Assembly (NCBI GenBank): GCA_937969125.1 | Contig: CALBVA010000014.1 | Span: forward strand, 1-39,762 | Origin: an uncultured Verrucomicrobiales bacterium | GTDB taxonomy: Bacteria; Verrucomicrobiota; Verrucomicrobiia; Verrucomicrobiales; Akkermansiaceae | Direction of reading: 5' to 3' | DNA length: 39,762 nucleotides | Shown: piece after piece, positions 36,370 to 39,762 of the stretch | Numbering within the stretch: the first letter of the stretch is position 1 | Layout: each line of letters starts with the position of its first letter | Position numbers and translations under genes: made by a program | Notes under the pieces: generated by a model | Databases searched by the model: none | Seen by the model: the letters and a program-made list of their open reading frames with translations, nothing else | What the model was told of the DNA's origin: nothing

Positions 36370-37332
36370 TTAAAAGGCAAAACGCACCCCGGCAGTTAGG
36401 GACCAATCGTTCCCGAGTTGCGGTCCATCGAGGTCCTGCCAAAGAGTTTGGCCAAATTCGAGGCCCGCATTGATCCCGGTATTAGGGTCGGAGTAGTTCA
36501 ACCCGAAGGCCAGATCCAGGCGGGTGCCGCCACGCAGGTCCGGGCGGGCGGTTGGGACGGGGAGTGGGAGGAGGTCCTCGTCACGCCCTTCAATATTGTC
36601 CCAGTCAGTGAGGGTGGCTCGCAGGGAAAGGGAGAAATTGTCTCCAAGGGGCTTGGCGATCCAACCGGTCAGTTCGTAGCGGTCGCCGAGCTTGTAACCC
36701 TGCGAATTCGAATCGAGGTAGAACTTTCCTCCCAGCTGCGCACCGAAGGACCAGTGGTCGGTGAAGCTGCGATAGGTCAGGGTGGGGGCGAGACCCCAGC
36801 TGCCGGAGCCCAGCTGCATGGGGTAAGGTAGGCGGGTTTCGCCGGGGCCGGGAATGAAATCCTCCTCCTCGATATCGGCAGTAGGCAGGATCAGTCCGAG
36901 ACCGGCGTGGAAGTTGTCATCCAGTCGGAGCAGCGCGCCGATGGAGCTGTCACCCAGTCCGCGCGAGGTTGTTTTAAAGTTGAGACCGTCACGGCGGACG
37001 TGGTTCATCGAGAGTTCGACGAGGTTGATCATCGCCATGAAGGTGAGGCGATCGGACGGGGCATACATTAACCCGAACATGTGCATTTCCATGTCCATAT
37101 CGGTAGGGGTGACGCCGAAGCCGGCATCGTGCACCTGGCTGTCACTGAGCGAATCACTGCCGCTGAAGTTTTCATTCATCTGCATGAACATGTAGCGGTA
37201 GGAGACCATGAGCTTTCCCTCGCTGTGGAGGTGGTCACCCATCACGCCGATGGGGCCGTAGTGATCAGCTCGCTGTTGGCCGGTGGCGGCGATGGAGGAA
37301 GCGAGAAGAAGAGAAAGTGTAGTGAGTTTCAT
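36370..37332 (-). CDS. Outer-membrane beta-barrel protein, same transporter/'MetA-pathway'-like family as 4211..5146
   Basis: Signal peptide MKLTTLSLLLASSIAATG, central MQLGSGSWGLAPTLTY motif, alternating strands, and a terminal aromatic residue (GVRFAF). The N-terminal third is Met/His-rich (GVMGDHLHSEG, YMFMQM, DMDMEMHMFGLMY). Confidence 0.8.
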   Translation of the reverse strand: MKLTTLSLLLASSIAATGQQRADHYGPIGVMGDHLHSEGKLMVSYRYMFMQMNENFSGSDSLSDSQVHDAGFGVTPTDMDMEMHMFGLMYAPSDRLTFMAMINLVELSMNHVRRDGLNFKTTSRGLGDSSIGALLRLDDNFHAGLGLILPTADIEEEDFIPGPGETRLPYPMQLGSGSWGLAPTLTYRSFTDHWSFGAQLGGKFYLDSNSQGYKLGDRYELTGWIAKPLGDNFSLSLRATLTDWDNIEGRDEDLLPLPVPTARPDLRGGTRLDLAFGLNYSDPNTGINAGLEFGQTLWQDLDGPQLGNDWSLTAGVRFAF

Positions 37333-37464
37333 TGTACGATAAGTTTAGTAATTCTAGAGATGCGGGCATAATTCACCCGCGAGGTGGAGGTGGGACGAGT
37401 CCGCGCTCTGAGTCTGTGACAGAGGCGGGCGGGGATCCGGATGAGACGGATCTGTCTGGCGGAA

Positions 37465-37878
37465 TTACGCGACTTTCGGCGGAGGCGTGGGTAGTTCGTG
37501 AATCACGGACTGGAAGCGGGCAGCAGCAGTAAGGCTGAGAAAGCGATATTGCGATGGCGGAAAGACGGCAGGTTGCTTCGTGATGGAAGCGGGTGAGAAG
37601 AGCTTGGAGGATTCTTTTTCACTTTGGCGGAGCGGATTTTCCTCCTGTTCTTTTTGGTCAGCAGCGGCCATCGCTTCGCAAATCTCACAGGGATGCTCGC
37701 CGGAGAAGGTGTCATTCAAGGCCTCCTCAAATCCCATCTCGGATGTCCGATCTGAGATCATGGTCATCCAAGCGTATCCCTGCACCGCGGCACGGTCCAG
37801 GCCACCTAGCGCAATGAGCGCGAGGACCAGGGCAAGCCGGCCAAGGTGAAGAAATGCGTTGGTGCGGTGGATGATCAC
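37465..37878 (-). CDS. Small membrane-anchored protein with HPCxxC motif, unknown function
   Basis: The GTG start overlaps the upstream stop (GTGA). It has one TM helix (GRLALVLALIALGGL), then AAVQGYAWMTMISD...LNDTFSGEHPCEICEAM and a charged, Pro-rich tail. Support for coding comes from the translational-coupling geometry and the lack of an alternative gene. Confidence 0.6.
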   Translation of the reverse strand: MIIHRTNAFLHLGRLALVLALIALGGLDRAAVQGYAWMTMISDRTSEMGFEEALNDTFSGEHPCEICEAMAAADQKEQEENPLRQSEKESSKLFSPASITKQPAVFPPSQYRFLSLTAAARFQSVIHELPTPPPKVA

Positions 37879-39762
37879 TTTTGGTAATCTTTTAACTTCT
37901 GAAGTGCCTCGGGGGTGCCGATAGCGCGGAGGGTCGAGATAATTTTGGCCTTGGCTGCTTTTTTCTGTTTGGCGGATTTGGCGTAAAGGCTCTCGACAAT
38001 GACGTAGTGCCTGAGCGCTTCCTGGGGTTTGTCGTCCGCGATGTCAATATCTCCGGCGTGCATTCTCAGCTGCACATCCAGTTCGCCCTGTGGGCGGATT
38101 TTTAGCGCATCCGAGGTGGCTTCGCGGGCTTCCACATATTTTTTGAGGCCGGTGAGAGCTCGAGATTTGAAGTAAAGAGCTTCAGCTTTGCGGTAGGCAT
38201 TCTCCTCGGTGGCGAGCAGCTTGTCAGCTGCCATGAGGGCGGATTTGTAATTTTGTGTTTCCAGCGAGGAGATGGCGAAGAGTTTCCAAATGAGCTTTGC
38301 GGCGGGTTTGCTCTCGTCCTTCAGGCCCTCATTGAGGAAGGGCCAGGCGCGCTGGTGCTGACCTTCCTTCGAGAGGGTCGCACCGAGCCAAGTGAGGATG
38401 GGGGAGGGGAGTTTGGTTGATTTGGAGACCCGGCGGAGGTCATTGATCTCCTTTTCGAGAAGTTTGATGTCTTCGGCTTGGTAAGCGGCTCGGATAAGGA
38501 GTGGTCCAACTTTTGGTGAGTAGGTTTTTCGGTCGAGCTCGCGGGCCTTCTTGAAAAATGGAACGGCCTTTTTGGAATTCTTCAGACGGTAGTGATTCCA
38601 TCCGAGCCAGAAATTCGCCGAGGCCTCGGTGGCACGATCGAGTTTCGGAAGAAGAAGAATTTTTTCCTGAAGGGTAGCGAAGTTTTTCCAATCCTTCTTT
38701 TCCTGATAGACGGCGGAGAGGCGAAGTAAGATGATACGCTTGAGCTTCGCGTCGCCGGTAGCGGCGAGGACTTTTTGGTAGTCGTCCAGAGCTTCGGATT
38801 CACGGCCTTTCGTAGTGAGTAATTCAGCCCGGTCGAGGCGGAGCTGGGTGGCCTGTTTGCTTTTTGGGAAGCTTTTGACAAAGGCGTCGATGGCAGCCAG
38901 CGCGCCACGTTCATTCTTCAGAGCGAGCTGGGACTTGGCGACGTGGTAGCGGACTCCGAGTTGGTTGGATGGATCAACGGCCTTGAGATCGAGGAGGCGG
39001 TAGTGATCGATAGCTTTCTGATGCTGCTTTTTCGCGTAGTAGTGCTCGGCGATGAGAAGGCGCGCGGAGTGGATGCGGGCATCCTTGGCATGCTTTTTAC
39101 CGTAGGTTTTTAAAAAGGCCTCGGCGGTCTTGGGAAAGCGAGCGGGGTTCTTCTCGTGATCACGGACGAGGATGCGGTATGCGGCGGAAATACTGTTCGC
39201 GGAGCCTGGTGAGAGCTTGGAGATCTTCGCGGAGAGGGCTAGGACTTGTTCATCTTGCCCTAAGGCTTCGTGCGATTTCGCGGCCATGATGAGGCGTTGG
39301 AGTTCGCTTTCTTTTTTTAGGCCGAAGTCGCCTTTCCGAAAGGCGCTGATGACCTTTTTCCACTCCTTGTCCTGATAGTGCAGGTTCATCAGCGCGAGTT
39401 GAGTTTGGCCGCGCAGCTTCTTGAGGCCGGGTTCGTCGAGAGCCTTAGCAAACCATTTTTTTGTGAGAGCTTTGTCACCGAGTTTTTCCGCGGTCAATGC
39501 TGCCTGCAGGGTGGCGTCGGATCGGATTTCTTTCTTCGGAGAGGTCGCGAGCCGGGCGAATTGCTCATGGGCCTGACGGTGGCTTTGGCTGGATTGGTAG
39601 AGTCGAGCAAGCGATAGGCGTGCTGTTTCTTCGAAGGGGTTACCCTTGTCATCAATGACCGCCTTCAGGGCGAGAAGGAGGGATCCTTTGTTGCCGGTCT
39701 TTTGAAAGCAGAGAGCCCGGCGATAAAGAGCTTCATGTCGGACTTGGGCATCCTTGGTCGTA
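37875..39762 (-). CDS. Large TPR-repeat protein, 5' end outside the window
   Basis: The track ORF starts at a TTG (39497). I translated the same frame to 39762 by hand and it stays open (…ALYRRALCFQKTGNKGSLLLALKAVIDDKGNPFEETARLSLARLYQSSQSHRQAHEQFARLATSPKK…). It has repeated ~34-aa helical-pair units with A/Y/L signatures throughout. Confidence 0.8.
   Translation of the reverse strand, partial: TTKDAQVRHEALYRRALCFQKTGNKGSLLLALKAVIDDKGNPFEETARLSLARLYQSSQSHRQAHEQFARLATSPKKEIRSDATLQAALTAEKLGDKALTKKWFAKALDEPGLKKLRGQTQLALMNLHYQDKEWKKVISAFRKGDFGLKKESELQRLIMAAKSHEALGQDEQVLALSAKISKLSPGSANSISAAYRILVRDHEKNPARFPKTAEAFLKTYGKKHAKDARIHSARLLIAEHYYAKKQHQKAIDHYRLLDLKAVDPSNQLGVRYHVAKSQLALKNERGALAAIDAFVKSFPKSKQATQLRLDRAELLTTKGRESEALDDYQKVLAATGDAKLKRIILLRLSAVYQEKKDWKNFATLQEKILLLPKLDRATEASANFWLGWNHYRLKNSKKAVPFFKKARELDRKTYSPKVGPLLIRAAYQAEDIKLLEKEINDLRRVSKSTKLPSPILTWLGATLSKEGQHQRAWPFLNEGLKDESKPAAKLIWKLFAISSLETQNYKSALMAADKLLATEENAYRKAEALYFKSRALTGLKKYVEAREATSDALKIRPQGELDVQLRMHAGDIDIADDKPQEALRHYVIVESLYAKSAKQKKAAKAKIISTLRAIGTPEALQKLKDYQK

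Overview
This is a 39.8-kb, densely coding chromosomal segment. I call 32 protein-coding genes, mostly on the minus strand, and one is cut by the right window edge. The domain architectures suggest, by inference only, a PVC-superphylum bacterium, probably Verrucomicrobiota: a ThuA/DUF1080 fusion, an SHD1-domain protein, a GH29 fucosidase, a Bat/aerotolerance-type VWA operon and a Lys/Ala-rich H1-like tail. Genes recognised with high confidence from conserved motifs are thiC (with an upstream TPP riboswitch and terminator), murJ, pheA, scpB, a DEAD-box helicase, engB, ogt, rpe, lexA and pyrF. I found no rRNA, tRNA, CRISPR array, transposase, integrase or phage genes. Four loci deserve a second look. 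(1) A Mn/Fe-type ABC-3 uptake operon has its first permease fused to a DtxR-family repressor domain, the architecture known from chlamydial YtgCR. An outer-membrane beta-barrel gene is wedged between its two permease genes, and a perfect 8-2-8 palindrome sits in its promoter region. (2) A DksA/TraR-family protein carries a ~135-aa histone-H1-like Lys/Ala tail and a degenerate zinc finger. (3) A Bat-type operon has BatB-BatC and BatD-BatE fusions and no adjacent MoxR ATPase. (4) Just upstream of that operon is a co-oriented trio of unknown function: a large TPR protein, a small membrane-anchored HPCxxC protein and a second barrel of the same family. All product calls rest on motif recognition by eye. 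Novelty cannot be established without database searches.
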